DNA from: Eledone cirrhosa
Lineage: Eukaryota
Direction: 5' to 3'
DNA length: 64,000 nt
Assembly: GCA_964016885.1 (NCBI GenBank)
Contig: OZ024740.1
Location: 397,916,001-397,980,000, forward strand
Of the stretch, positions 38,087 through 52,419 are shown one piece after another; within the stretch, counting starts at the first letter, position 1; each line of letters begins with the position of its first letter. Made by a program: the position numbers and the translations under genes. Below the pieces are notes generated by a model. It ran no database searches. It saw only the letters and a list, made by a program, of their open reading frames with translations, and was not told where the DNA came from.

Positions 38087-38090
<4 letters not shown>
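36958..38090 (+). mobile_element. 5'-truncated Naiad-like PLE (GIY-YIG C-terminus + 3'UTR/pLTR)
   Basis: [32 protein letters not shown] parallels 26830-27033; hammerhead near the end. Confidence 0.78.
37922..38035 (+). ncRNA. Type I hammerhead, family D (U4C core variant, long stem II insert)
   Basis: CAGTATT-CCGATGA-T TTGATCAG..CTGATCAA T-GAAA-CAATTG-TT-AATACTG. Confidence 0.75.
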
Positions 38091-38162
<72 letters not shown>

Positions 38163-38578
38163 CAATAAAAAGAAATACACAGATACATGCGAATACATAC
38201 ATATACATGCATATACACACATATATCCCTGAATTTGTGTAGTGCCAACCTCAGCCACCTCGTCTGTAGCCTAGATATTAATGCCCCCTCCGCCAGTTGT
38301 GGTATTTTTCTCTTGGTTGTAAGAGGCTTAACTCTGTTTCTTGACCACTGTATCACGTGATAAGTTCCCCCTCCGCCTTTCCGGGATTCTCTCACGCCCC
38401 GCGGACGTGTTTTGAACTTTAAATGATAAGTTGGCAAACCTCACAAAAATACTGCATCTTTATGATGTAATTTTTTTGCAAAGTAGCCACGAAACTGCGC
38501 AGTCGAGGATGTCGAAGAATATTGGGTATCTATATTTTTTATTTATTTATGTCTAATGTTTCTTCTTTCTTTATATTG

Positions 38579-38676
<98 letters not shown>

Positions 38677-38703
38677 GTATATAAATATATATATATATGT
38701 ATA

Positions 38704-38782
<79 letters not shown>

Positions 38783-38832
38783 TAAAATAATGAATAAACA
38801 AAGAAACAGTTCCTTATATTAAAAAATTCATA

Positions 38833-38960
38833 ATTTTACGATCGTTTCTAGGATATATATGTTAGTGTTGGTATGCATATCCTATAGATCTTTGTAAAAT
38901 TTTTACAAACTATCAGAGGGAATATACATACCTACACATATATATGCTGTCTTCAGAAAT
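38833..38960 (-). ncRNA. Type I hammerhead, family E (~100-nt stem II)
   Basis: ATTT-CTGAAGA-CAGCATATATATG...CATATATATCCTA-GAAA-CGATCG-TA-AAAT. Confidence 0.72.
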
Positions 38961-38963
38961 AAT

Positions 38964-39063
38964 TGTTTCTACTTTTGGCACAAGGCCAGCAATTACCCAG
39001 TGCATTACTGGTACTTTATTTTATCGACCCTGTAAGGATGAAAGGCAAAGTGAACCTCGGCGG
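38964..39063 (-). mobile_element. 5'-truncated SINE family 1 with TSD CAGAAATAAT
   Basis: TSD at 38954-38963 and 39064-39073. Confidence 0.88.
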
Positions 39064-39782
39064 CAGAAATAATGATATTTGTTTATTGAAAAAAATCAAC
39101 AAAGATTTAATACAATAGGTCTGTTTGGGAACAGGTTTTGAATTGACCAATAGAAAGATAGTGAAGGTCAAGAGAAGAGTAGTAAGAGAACCTTAATTTA
39201 TGGGTAGAGGAAGATAGATTTCAGTTTTGGATGGAAAGAATATTATGAATGAAAGATTATTTTAGGGATGAAAATAGGTCATATGCTGACCTCAGAAATA
39301 ATTATATTTGTTCATTGAATAAAACCAACAAAGATTTAATATAGTAGGTCTGTTTGGGAACAGGTTTTGAATTGACCAATAGAAAGGTAATAATTGGCCA
39401 AATGGTAAAATAGTAGTTAAGGAAGTTTATTTTAGGGGTAGAAGAAGGCAGATTTCAGTTTTGAATGGAAGGAGTATGAAGAATGAAAAGGTTATTTTAG
39501 GGAGGAAAATAGGTCAGGTCAGTAAAAGGTACACGAAAAGTTGCTGTTATAAAAGAATAATGCCAATGTAAATATCTAAGGAGACTAACATTTTACGATA
39601 AAAGTGTTAATGAAAAAAATATATATATGGAATTTACATCTATGAAAAGAATATAAATTAATTTAATTGATGGGTATATTTATATTGATAAAATTATATT
39701 AATGCATATAGATATGATAAATAAGAGTTAGATGTAATTGAAGAGTGCTGTTAAAGACGAGGGGAAATTAAAAATATAAAAA

Positions 39783-39853
<71 letters not shown>

Positions 39854-41354
39854 TTGGGGGGAGGGGGTTAAATTTATTAGTGAGAAATAATAAATATATA
39901 GAGATTTCAAGGAACATAGAATCATAACCTGAAATTAAAACATTTTATATGTTTACTTAATGGTATCAATTTTAGGAAAAGATAGCTGTAAGAAGGAAAG
40001 TAAAATTATGTAGTTCATCAGTAGTAGAATATTAATTATAGGTTAACTAAATTAAAAAAAGTTTTTATATTAATTTTTAAAATGTATATTAATTAGGTTT
40101 ATAATATTTAAAGGTTTTTCTCAGTTTATGATTATACGATATTATTAATTCCTGTCGCTTATTTAATAGGATATCCTTAGATTTCATTATTTCAAAAAGT
40201 TCTTGGGAACACAATCTACATTCATATCTATTATTTTGATAAGGGGTGGCCCTTTTAAGCACACTCCAGGTCAGGTCATAATCTATATTCTTCTTTCTAT
40301 AATTATTAATTATTTCAGCTAGAGATGTTGTATTAGCTAATGCGGCATTTTAAAAACTATGTTTGTGGGTATTAAATCTTGCTTTAAATTGGTTAGAGGT
40401 AGCTCCTATATATGAATAAATTGAGTCCTTAGTGTTAACTTTACATTTATATACTATGTTATTAACAAGGCAATTTCCTTTTAATGGGCAGTTTGCTTTG
40501 TTTCTACAGTTACAACTTTTCTTGAATCCTGTATCAGAGGAGATATTATGGTTAGTTTGATGTACTGGTGGTATACTCATGGTTTTTTTACATTTATATG
40601 CATTGTAGGCACTTATATTTTGTTTTATGTTTTTGGTTGTTGAGTAGGAGAATTTAACCGTTGATCTATTTAAAATTTGATGGTATATGCGGTTTGGCGG
40701 GAAGTTCTTCTCTAGGATATTAAAATTTTTTTTAGGTATATTATCCTTAATTTGTAAATTAAATGGAGCATTATACCAAGTAACTCGTCTATTACGGTTT
40801 TGATGTTGTTTATTGTTTTTATAGGATGTATCCTGATATTTATTAAGAGAATTATTGTTAATGACTTCACCACACACAGTTTTAGTTAGATTTATTGATT
40901 TAGGTGTTTTAGCTTGTTTATTAGGAGTTTTATTATTAACATTTATTACAGTAGTAGGATGAATAGTTTTTTGAGAGTTACTATATTGTATATTAGAAGA
41001 GTTAGAGAAATTTGGTTTTATGTTGGTATTTTGGGGTATAGTGTGAGTGGCATTTAGGTGTGTATGTTTCATTTGGTGTTTGTTGGTAATATTGGGTTGT
41101 ATGTTTGTAGTGTTATTGGTACAAGATATATATACTAATTTGTTTTTGTGGCCACTTCTAGCTAAAGCTTCGTTATAAAAGGTCCCATTTTATCAAATAC
41201 ATCCTGGTTAGAAATTCTAAGTGAGATATTATATGCTAGGTTTTTAAGGATAGATTTAGGGTGATTAGATTGTGAGTGTATGTAATGTAAATTTTGCTTA
41301 GGTTTATGGTAAGGTTGGTAGATACCCGTAGATAAGTCTAATGTTACATCAAGG

Positions 41355-41433
<79 letters not shown>

Positions 41434-41520
41434 TCCCGAGTTGCGTCAGGGGGTAACCACAGTTAAAAATGGTATTCAATATATTTATAGAGTATAGGTG
41501 TCTTAATTATATATAGAAAT

Positions 41521-41571
41521 GACTTCTACAGGACTAGAACTGTTTCATTCGTATGAAATCATCAGGAATGC
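41521..41571 (-). ncRNA. Hammerhead family A, diverged solo copy (loop II ATAC)
   Basis: TTC CTGATGA TTTC ATAC GAAT GAAA CAG TTCTAGTC CTG TA GAA. Confidence 0.75.
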
Positions 41572-41592
41572 CCTGATGATTGTCCTGATACG

Positions 41593-41680
<88 letters not shown>

Positions 41681-41684
41681 ACCT

Positions 41685-41825
41685 TAGTACTAGACCGGTA
41701 CTTTATCTTTTAATCTCGAACGCGAAAGGATGAAATGCAAAGTTGAGCTCAAAGTGTAGTGAGCTGTAACAAATACCATGCTATTTTAATCTGAGGATCC
41801 TTATGGCTCTTCCAATTCAACGCCT
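41685..41825 (-). mobile_element. Old SINE family 1 copy
   Basis: GGTACTTTAT..AAGGATGAAATGCAAAGTTGA. Confidence 0.55.
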
Positions 41826-41839
41826 TATAATACTTATAG

Positions 41840-42008
41840 CAGACCTGTCAACTCTCCCCATCCAACGGGGAGATCTTCCACGCACTTTGTGAAAATGGGT
41901 ATAGCTTTAATTATGTATAATCTCCCCATTTTGCCTCATTTCTTCCCGTTTTGGGACACTCTTTTTCATGGTACTCTCTGTTTGAGTTTTTAGAGGTTGG
42001 CAGGTCTG
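41840..42008. mobile_element. 169-bp MITE with TIR CAGACCTGYCAAC and 6-bp TSD TTATAG
   Basis: Left CAGACCTGTCAAC, right GTTGGCAGGTCTG; TTATAG at 41834-41839 and 42009-42014. Confidence 0.78.
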
Positions 42009-42449
42009 TTATAGTACAGAAGATCACTATATGTGGAAAAATATGAAGCTGCAACACCTTAAAATTTAAAAGATCAATGGTTGTGCAAAGAATGATGAAG
42101 AGAATAAGGCAGACTCATTCAAGATATTGTTTCTTTACATACATTTTACATGTACACAATTGTATTTGTGCGCATGCTTGTATAATTTTTTTATTGTCGA
42201 CAAACGGCTGATGCTAGTGTGTATTTAGAAATATTTCAATAAAGTGTAACTAGATTTTCATTATCACATTTCTATACTTATATAACACAGTGCAATACAT
42301 TCGCCTCGTTTGCAACAGGTGTTGTTTATAGAAAATACCGGGTTTTAATGTCCTTTTCTCTCTGAGGTGGGAATGGAGTAAAACACATACACACACACAC
42401 ACACACGCACACGCGCACACACGCACACACACGCACACGCGCGCACACA

Positions 42450-42506
<57 letters not shown>

Positions 42507-42645
42507 GCTATTGGAAATAGCACGGAAAATATATTTAAGAAACTGTTTTTCTTTTTTTTCTTCTTTGATTCATCAAAGTGACATTATTGAAAAAATGAGA
42601 AGAACAATTCTTTTTTAAAAAAGGGGAGTTTTATAAAGTATATAA

Positions 42646-42693
42646 AATATAACAGGTTTCGATGTATCAGTCTAAGCCATCTTATCAAATGTT
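42646..42693 (-). ncRNA. Hammerhead-like motif with U3-A8 core (UUGAUAA)
   Basis: AACAT-TTGATAA-GATG..CATC-GAAA-CCTG-TT-ATATT. Confidence 0.55.
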
Positions 42694-43084
42694 GAATATT
42701 ACAATTAAAAAGAAATAGAAAGAACAAAAAAATTTAAAATTTAAAATTAAGTGTTGAAAAGGTCTGTTCATCTTTCTTGTTGTGAAGGAGACTGGGTCAA
42801 AAATGGAACCCTATATGTATAGAGAGAGGTAGTCATAGTATTAATAGTAGTAGAAGTAGTGTAGGTAGTTGTGCCTTTTCACAGAACAAAATTATTTTGA
42901 GGAATAGCCTCGTAAATAACTCATAAATAATACATTCGTAAAAAGAAAACTAATCATGTCTATATTAGAAGTAGGACATCCTCCATAATCCCTACCTCAG
43001 AATCATCCATATTTCCCAACATCTTATCCGCTCTAAATGTGAGCAAGGGGTTGATTGACAATATGTATGTATGTAAGCTCGCTC

Positions 43085-44006
43085 TCGAGTGCTACTGGTA
43101 ACATGCAACACAGTACAACCTATCTCATAGTCGGGTCGTCGGCGACTAAACCGGCAACTCCACCAAGCTTGCTTGGTGAGAAGGGTGATATTTGGACACT
43201 CTGAGGGATGAAATACAAGACCCGTCAAAGGGCGGAGGAACTCGGCAGAGTCAACGGCCATCCAAATAGTACTTTTTTTTGTTCACCTGGGAGGGAAAGC
43301 CCCCCCCCCCCAGTTGTTGCCACAACACCTTTCTAAGAAAGGGAAACTCTGAAAAAAAAAAAAACCTGCGGCTTCGGAAGCATCCGATGATGTTGACCAG
43401 TTCTCCTTTTCGGGTAGTGTTTTCGATGCTAAGAGAGTGGGATTGGTCGAGTGCAAGGCCTTTCCCCACCTAAAAAAACCTTCAAAGCACAGGCATTGCT
43501 TGTTCATGTTATGATACAGGTTGTGGCTGGCTGTGGCCTAAAAGTGCACCATTTTCTGTAATCTGACAAGCGATTGCAATACTCTTAGCAGAGTTTGCAG
43601 CCATCATGTATGTATGATGTTTTTGTGGAGCAAGAGACTTCTAGTCTTCATTAAGACATCTTTCTAGGAGAAGGTCACTCTGATATAAAATCTGCGACTT
43701 CGTTTGCACCCAATGATGTAGACCAGTTCTACTTTTTGGGTAAATGCATTCGATGTTCAGTGGGTTGGCCCCGTGCAAATACTTTCCTCGCTTAAAAAAA
43801 CTTTAAGCACAGGCAGCACTTGATATGGGACATTTTTTAGGTTGCATGGAATTGCTGGCCATAGGCAAGTCCCTAGCAGGACTAAAAGGCCACGTCTGTG
43901 ATGCTTATGGTTAAGTATCAAGTGATGGCATTATTCGAAATTGAGTTGCAGCCATCAGTATGTATGTATGTATGTATGTATGTATGTATGTATGTATGTA
44001 TGTATG

Positions 44007-44040
<34 letters not shown>

Positions 44041-44062
44041 TGTATGTATGTATGTATGTATG
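43085..44062 (+). mobile_element. Two older diverged copies of the bipartite RTE-derived element (43085-43615, 43630-43960) with (GTAT)n tails
   Basis: GTGCTACTGGTAACATG..GGGTCGTCGGCGACTAAACCGGCAAC..GCACAGGCATTGC..GCAGCCATCA(TGTA)n. Confidence 0.75.
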
Positions 44063-44757
44063 CATGAGGGAGCTTATAGATAGGACAACACACGCTGTCT
44101 TTTCGTGGGGTAAGTTTTTAATTAATTTTTGTATTCTGAAACATCAAAATACAACAATTTGTTGGTTACACAAATATTTTAGTATATTTTAGCAGAGCAA
44201 TCCTTATTTATATTTTACATTTTGCATTTACTTACATCTCAATATAACATGGCTAAAATTCAAATTTTGCAAAGAGAAGAAAACGGTCAAATGAACTAGA
44301 TACATCGCACCGTCCCCCGCCACCACAATAACTTATACACTCTCTCCCCACCATCACATGTCATTACCCTATCTAGACTAAAATCATCGACCTGTTGTCA
44401 AACTCTTTACTCTCTGTTGAATGTGTATATATATATATATATATGTATGTATATGTGTGTATATACATCACTCAGTCAAACGACCAGATTTCAACCCCAA
44501 CATCTACAACAACAACACCGGCACTAATGTTTACAGCAACAACAGCTTCAGAATGAACTGAAATGAACATTTACAACAACAACAACAACAACAGCGGCAT
44601 CAAAAGATTAAAAAAAAACTAAAAAAAAACTCAAAATAACAAAACACACACACACACGCACACAACACAACAACAACATCAACTGCCACCACCACCACTA
44701 CCGCCGCCGCCATCACCATGACCAGCGACCGGGCCTTAAGAAAACAACTTTAATAAT

Positions 44758-44908
44758 AATTTTTCTGCTTTTGGCACGGATCCAGCGACTGGCCCAGCGC
44801 ATCACTGGTACTCTCTTTTGTTGACTCCGTGGGGATGAAAGGCAAGGTTGACCTCGGCGGGATTTGAGCTCAGAACGTGGAGGGCCGTGACTCTATGCTG
44901 TAAAGCAA
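44758..44908 (-). mobile_element. SINE family 1, diverged
   Basis: GGATGAAAGGCAAGGTTGACCTCGGCGGGATTTGAGCTCAGA. Confidence 0.75.
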
Positions 44909-45010
44909 TTATAATAATACTGGACTGTAGTACGATCGGCTTCAACTATACAAACTCTTGAAAGTCAACAGTTGACATAATCTTGTAATCTTGTATCAGT
45001 AATGACGGTA

Positions 45011-45046
<36 letters not shown>

Positions 45047-45171
45047 AAGTGAGTAGAGTAGCGTGTGTGTGTTTGTTTGTATGTATGAGTGTTGCTGTGT
45101 GCGCGCATATGTATGCGCGTGTGTGTATGTCGTACGTATAAGTGTCAATAAGTGATTTTTTTTTTTTTTTT

Positions 45172-45475
45172 TGCGCGGGGACAGAAATAATCGGGCTGGA
45201 TGCCCGATCGCGCAGTTAAACCACTGGGAGTGAAGAACCCCTAGCCCTTGTCAGGGCATTCTTTTAGGAGAAGGCATCTCAGGAAACTGGGTTAACTCCG
45301 ACATAAAACCTGCGGCTCAGTAGTTACTGATGATGTTGATCTTTGCTTCTTTTCGGGTTATAGCTACTGTCGCTCAGAGAGTGGGATTGGCTCAGTGCAC
45401 AGTCTTTCCTCACTTTAAAAATATTCGTCACGCACAGGCATTGCACGAGTGCATTAATAATTATTAATAGTGTAC

Positions 45476-45523
<48 letters not shown>

Positions 45524-48500
45524 TTTTTTTTTTTTTTTTTTCTTTCCAATTGAATGATGTTCCAGAACAATATAAAAGAGATAATTGGCGATTTAAGTTC
45601 TGGAACAAAAAAGATCATTGGCAATAAGGGCAGGGGCCCCAGGTTATCACAGCCTGGGCCCGCTCGTCATCGTGCCATTGTAATAGAGCCAAACAAGGCA
45701 TTTAGTCTTGGCTGCTGCAACGTACGGACGCTGCTTGACAGGGATTCCTTGGGGCGTCCTGAACGAAGGACCGCTCTTGTTGCAAAGGAGCTTCGACGTT
45801 ACGATCTTGACATCGTGGCTTTATCTGAGACGAGGCTAGCTGGAGATGGTCATCTTACGGAATTTTGTGGAGAATATACATTCTTCTGGAAAGGAAGAGA
45901 TGAAGGAACCAGAAGAGAGGCTGGGGTAGGATTTGCTGTTAAGACTGTGCTTGTGAACAAATTAGAAGAATTCCCAGTAGGGATTAGTGAGCGTCTTATG
46001 TCCATGAGAGTTCCGCTGGACAAGGGAAGATATGCTACCCTGGTGAGTGTGTATGCTCCAACTATGAGTTCTGTCGATGAGGAAAAGGTGTCCTTTTACC
46101 ATGCCTTGAAAGGTGTTTTAAGAAATATGCCTCAGGCAGACAAAGTCATCGTGCTTGGTGACTTTAATGCTAGAGTGGGTAGGGATTTTAACACATGGAA
46201 TGTAATCGGAAGGCATGGGGTGGGAAAGTGTAACAGCAATGGTATGCTCCTGCTGCAGATGTGTGAGGAGCTGGATCTGTGTGTTACCAACACCATGTTC
46301 CAACAAAAGAACAAATTCAAGACCACATGGATGCATCCTGCATCTAAGGAATGGCATCTTTTGGACTACGTCCTAGTCAGGATGCGTGACAGACAGGATG
46401 TGCAGTGTGTTCGTGTTCTTCGTGGAGCTGAGTGCTGGACGGACCACCGCCTGGTACGCGCAAAAGTGAAACTAATCACTAAACGTAAAATCCGGGCTCC
46501 TGGTGTTGCCCTGCCCAAAAGATTGAATGCTGCTCGTCTTAAGGATAAAAATGTGAAGAGGACATTGGAAGAAGAGATGCAGGCTGCAGATCTTGGTGAG
46601 GATTGGCCTACCCTTAAAAAGTCGGTTTATGATGTAGGCAGGCGTGTTCTGGGATTGGCGCAGAGGAAACATCAGGACTGGTTTGATGAGAATGATGTAC
46701 ATATAGAAGACTTGTTGGCTGATAAGTGGCGTGCTCTGTCACGCTACTTGACGGTAAAACCACAGGAGAGGAATACGTTGCATGAGGAACTCAGGGATGT
46801 AAAATCACGTGTTAGGCGGAGTCTTTCTCAGATGAAGGATCAGTGGTGGAGTGAGAAGGCTGGTGAGATACAAACTGCGTCTGATTCCAATAACACAAAG
46901 CTGTTGTACAGTCTCTTGCGTGAGGTTATGGACCGTCTTCTTCTCTGGTGACACCGATTCGCAGCAAGGATGGCAAAGAACTTCTTCGTGACTCACAGGG
47001 AATTCTACGAAGGTGGCGAGAGCACTTTGATGATCTTTTGAATCAGCCGTCTGTCGTCAGTGAAGATTTCCTCAATCTCATTCCAGAAAGTCCTGTGAAA
47101 GTAGCTCTCGCAGAACCTCCGACGCTTGTGGAGGTTGCAGTGGCAATCTCGAAGCTGAACAGTGGAAGGTCTCCAGGTATGGATGGCATACATGCTGAGC
47201 TCCTACAATATGGTGGTGAGAGACTCCTGCAACATCTTCACTCTTTGTTTGGCAGGATATGGGCTAATGAATCCGTACCTGAGGACTGGAGAGATGCAGT
47301 AATGGTGGTCTTGTACAAGGGAAAGGGTAACAGGAACGATTGTGGGAACTACAGAGGTATATCATTGCTTTCTGTCGTAGGGAAAGTTTTATGTAGGGTG
47401 CTTCTGGACCGTCTGCTGACACACATTGCAGATTGTGTTCTTCCTGAAAGTCAATCTGGTTTTCGTGCTGGACGCGGCACTACTGATATGATGTTCTCAG
47501 CTAGACAGCTCCAGGAGAAGTGCATGGAACAAGGCTTGGATCTGTATCAGGTTTTTGTCGATCTGACAAAAGCTTTCGATACTGTTAACAGAGATGCATT
47601 ATGGAAGGTTCTCCAGAAACTTGGTTGCCCTGATAAGTTCCTTGCTTTAGTTAGGTCTTTCCATGATGACATGAAGGCTTGGGTTAATGTCGGGTGTAAC
47701 ATGTCGGAGCCTATCTCAGTAAAAAAATGGAGTGAAACAGGGGGGATATTCCAGCACCGACCCTGTTTGTCATATACTTTGCAATGGTTTTCTGTATTGC
47801 ATTCAGGAATTGCGAGCATGGTGTTTACATCCGATATCGAACCTCAGGCAGCATATTTAACATCAGGCGCTTTGCTGCGAAGACAAAAGTATTTACATCA
47901 ATCATAAGAGACCTCTTGTATGCAGATGATTGCGATCTTGTAGCGCACACAGAGAGTGATATGCAGCACATTTTGAATGCATTTTCTGACGCTTGCACTG
48001 CCCTAGGTCTGACTGTCAGTCTCAAGAAAACCGTCGTCATGTACCAACCTGCCCCTGGTAAGCAGTACACTGAACCAAACATCTATGTGTATGGTAAACG
48101 ACTTGGAGTGGTTGATCAGTTTGTCTACCTGTGAAGCACTGTCAATCGATACGGCAACCTTGACAGTGAAATCTCACTTAGGATTAGGAAAGCAAGTGAT
48201 GCTTTCGGAAAGCTAGAAAGGCGACTCTGGGGTCGGCGAGACATATGCAGGAGGACAAAGGTAAAGGTGTACAGGGCATGTGTGCTCTCTTGTCTTCTTT
48301 ATGCCTGCGAGACCTGGGTCACATATCGACACCACCTTAAGCAATTGGAGCGTTTCCATCAGATGTGTCTCAGACGGATCCATGGCGTTCACTGGAGGGA
48401 CCACATCAGTGATATCGAGATTTTGGAAAGCTCTGTGTGACAGTATAGAAGCTCTTGTGCTTAAGCAACGACTCCGTTGGAGTGGTCACCTTGCCTGGAT

Positions 48501-49098
48501 GAAGGATTCTAGAATACCAAAACAACTCTTTTATGGAGAGTTGGTTAAAGGAAAACGACCGCCACATAAACCCAAAAAGAGGTATAAGGATTCATTGAAA
48601 GCCTCTCTGAAAGACGCTAACATCTCTGCTGATACATGGGAGAATATTGCTGATGATCGTAATAAATGGAGAAAGACAGTATATGAGGGAAAAGTTGCCT
48701 TTGAGGCATCTCGAATCGCATACGAGAAAGTAAAGCGGGATGTGAGGAAGGGCATTGCTGTTGCACTTCCAGACGGCGAGGGTCCTCCTATAGTGCTGAC
48801 ATGCAGCGTATGTGCGAGACTCTGCCTGAGCAAAGCTGGACTCGAAAGTCATCTTCGCAGTCATAAAGTAAGACCAGTGGTTGACTACAAGGCTGCTGTT
48901 GGAGATGCTACTCATCATGCTTGCCAAACATGTGGTAGAGAATGTAAATCAGCAGGAGGGCTCAAGCGACATGCAAAAGTACACGAACTCCAACCACAGC
49001 CGACTATTCCAAGTGAATGTTTTGGTTGCCGACTCTGTGCAAGACATTTTAGATCATTGGCTGGGCTAAAAAGCCACATTCGATCGCAGCGCTGTTAG
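45172..49098 (+). mobile_element. RTE-clade (BovB-like) LINE: partial 5'UTR, APE, RT, three C-terminal C2H2-type fingers; frameshifts near 46930, 47725 and 48430, stop at 48132
   Basis: NVRTLLD..RPERRTALVA.EL.RY..ALSETR, YAPT, GDFNAR, TDHRL, NYRGISLLS, LPESQSGFR, FVDLTKAFD, LLYADD, LRWSGH, CxxC..SxAGLxSH x3. Confidence 0.95.
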
Positions 49099-49258
49099 TT
49101 GTTATCGTGTGTGTGTGTGTGTGTGTGTAGATATGCTTATGTGTGTGCGTGTGTGTGTATATATATATGTTTATTATTACTGTTGTTGTCGTTATTATTA
49201 TTGTTGTTATTATTATTATTATTATTATTGTTATTAATGTATGTGTGTGTGTATATGT

Positions 49259-49304
<46 letters not shown>

Positions 49305-49334
49305 ATGTATATGTATATGTATATATATATATAT

Positions 49335-49660
49335 ATTTTTTTTTGGTAAATATCATCTTGGTTAAGAGAGTGGGACTGGCTTTGTGCAATGCCTTTGCTC
49401 ACTATAAAAGCTTCACGGCACAGGCATTGCTTTATATCTGGAGATCTCTCTGCACTTGTCATCACATGGTACCATGGGCCCAGCACTATGTGTCAATAAT
49501 TGTCACAAGTCTAGTGTTTGTACCAGAGTTTTCAAGTCGCTGGCTGGACTAAAAAGTCACACTTGTTCAGCGCATCAGTAGGGGTTCTCCTATATGGATA
49601 TAAAGTAATGCCCGTACTCGAAAACGAGTTGGCAACCACCATGTATGTATGTATGTTTAT
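49335..49660 (+). mobile_element. 5'-truncated bipartite RTE-derived element
   Basis: Near-identical to 32805-33120. Confidence 0.85.
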
Positions 49661-49959
49661 GTGTTTGTGTGTACGTGTACTGTGCACTAAACCTATTGAA
49701 AACTGAATTTAGATTAGCCAACAAGAGATATCGACACATTTAAATTAAAGTTATAAATGTTTCGAAACTATAACAATTGAACTACAGTACTGTCGTCATT
49801 ATATGGTTTCACGATACTGAGAAAACAGTAGAAAACAGATGAATGAACTATTATGCAAAGCAGATTTCAATTGCTCACCAACGCCTCACATTACCAGCAA
49901 AGTGAACGTGCTAAAAAGAAAACATCAAAAGCCGTGCTAAACCAAGTTCATAGAACATC

Positions 49960-50285
49960 TGTATGGCATCGGTCGATCTGAATGTCTAGGCATGTTTTAG
50001 TATTGAGATTCGTTTCTATATCATCAATATGAAAGACCTAATGTATGGCATGGATGCTGGGGATGGTAAAAGGAGACATGAATAAGATCAATGCTTTCTC
50101 TAATGGGTGTACGAGAAAGCATTAAGATGGACACCACATAGAAAGTAAAAGTGTAGATATCCCCAAAACACCTGGTGTGGAATAGCCAAAGGCTAGCTGA
50201 GAGAAATGCATCTGAAAGAACAAGCTACACAGAATTTCTAAAGACTGATATGAATGGTCTTGAATCGTCGAAGCCTTACTTACCA
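49960..50285 (+). pseudogene. Possible highly decayed LINE 3' fragment
   Basis: Weak remnants resembling A.RWTP..K...PKT(T)W only. Confidence 0.3.
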
Positions 50286-50311
50286 GCGAGGAAAAATTAT
50301 ATCAATAATAA

Positions 50312-50432
50312 TATTTTCTAAGTTAGGCACAAGGCCAGCAATTTGGAGGAGGGGAAAGTCGATTACATAGCCCCTAGTACTTGAATGGTACTCTATTTTA
50401 TCAATCTCGGAAGGATGACAAGCAAAGTTACA
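50312..50432 (-). mobile_element. SINE family 1, 3' fragment
   Basis: AGGCACAAGGCCAGCAATTT..GGTACTCTATTTTATC..AAGGATGA. Confidence 0.7.
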
Positions 50433-50516
50433 CTCTAACAATCTAACTATCTTTAAATCCTTTCTCCCGATAGCCCTGAAATTTACCACCATTAGCGATC
50501 TCGATTCCAAAATAAT

Positions 50517-50698
50517 TGTTTCTACTTTTGGCACAAGGCCAGCAATTACCCAAGTGCATTACTGGTACTTATTTTATTGACCCCGTAAGGATGAAGGCAA
50601 AGTTAACCTCGGCGGGATTTGAACTCAGATCATAAAGGGCCTTAACTCTATGCTGCAAAGCATGGCGTCCGACGCTCTACCGATTCTGCCAATCCACC
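50517..50698 (-). mobile_element. Full-length SINE family 1 with TSD CCAAAATAAT
   Basis: A/B boxes; flanking direct repeat. Confidence 0.9.
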
Positions 50699-51206
50699 CA
50701 AAATAATGAATGTTAAACCACTGCTATTATGCTTTGGTGATTTCTACTAAATCAAAAAGGAAGGTGATTCACCATCTGACATATCGATGGATGGCTACGA
50801 CGAAGCTGAGGTAACCGATTCATGGTAGTGTTAATCATAACATTATTTCAGGTACATTAAGAAAATATTAAACAGATGATAAATCTATACAAATTTCGTT
50901 TGAAATTTGACCTCGTACTATAAGTAAAATATTGAACGGACAATAAATCTACATAAATTTACATAATATTTTCTCAGTTTTACAGATCATATTTCTTTAT
51001 TGCACCATTGAAACTGTTTCCAGAATATCTATTTTTTCGAAGGTTGGAAACATTCTTCACGTTTAGATTATATAGAGGAGTATGTATTCCGCTTTCTAGC
51101 TGAACTGTAATGGCGACACTTAGTCCTGTTTGGCATCGTCTCAAGTGCAAATTTGCATGACCAACAGCTGTCAACGAGCATATGTAAGGTTATTGCATTC
51201 GAAAAA

Positions 51207-52095
<889 letters not shown>

Positions 52096-52419
52096 TGTAA
52101 ACTACTCCTTACCCGTCATAAACAAAGAGGATATATTAACAGGTATCTGGTATTACTCAAAGACAACACCTGTTGCTAACGAGAGGGAGGTGTTACATAC
52201 TGGATCATACAGTTTTCTGGGCGGAGATCAAAGATTTGTGACGTATTATTGCAATATAATAAGTTATACTTAGAAAAATGTCGTTTGCTAAGGTAGATAA
52301 TAAGATGCATGTTACACAAGTATATTTGTATATACACACATGCACTTCTGAATTGTGTATGTATGTATAACTCAATTATTCTATTACGTATTCCAGCGAA
52401 AGGCTGAGGTCATGTTGGG

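Larger units (their letters stand above)
38780..41360 (-). mobile_element. 5'-truncated, degraded Naiad-like PLE (RT thumb + GIY-YIG, 40130-41360) with 3'UTR duplication (39064-39290 / 39293-39520)
   Basis: NFLDVTLDL..YHKP..SNHP; VTWYNAPF; CNCRNKANCPLKGNC..IVYKC..YIGAT..FKARF..H. Confidence 0.85.
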
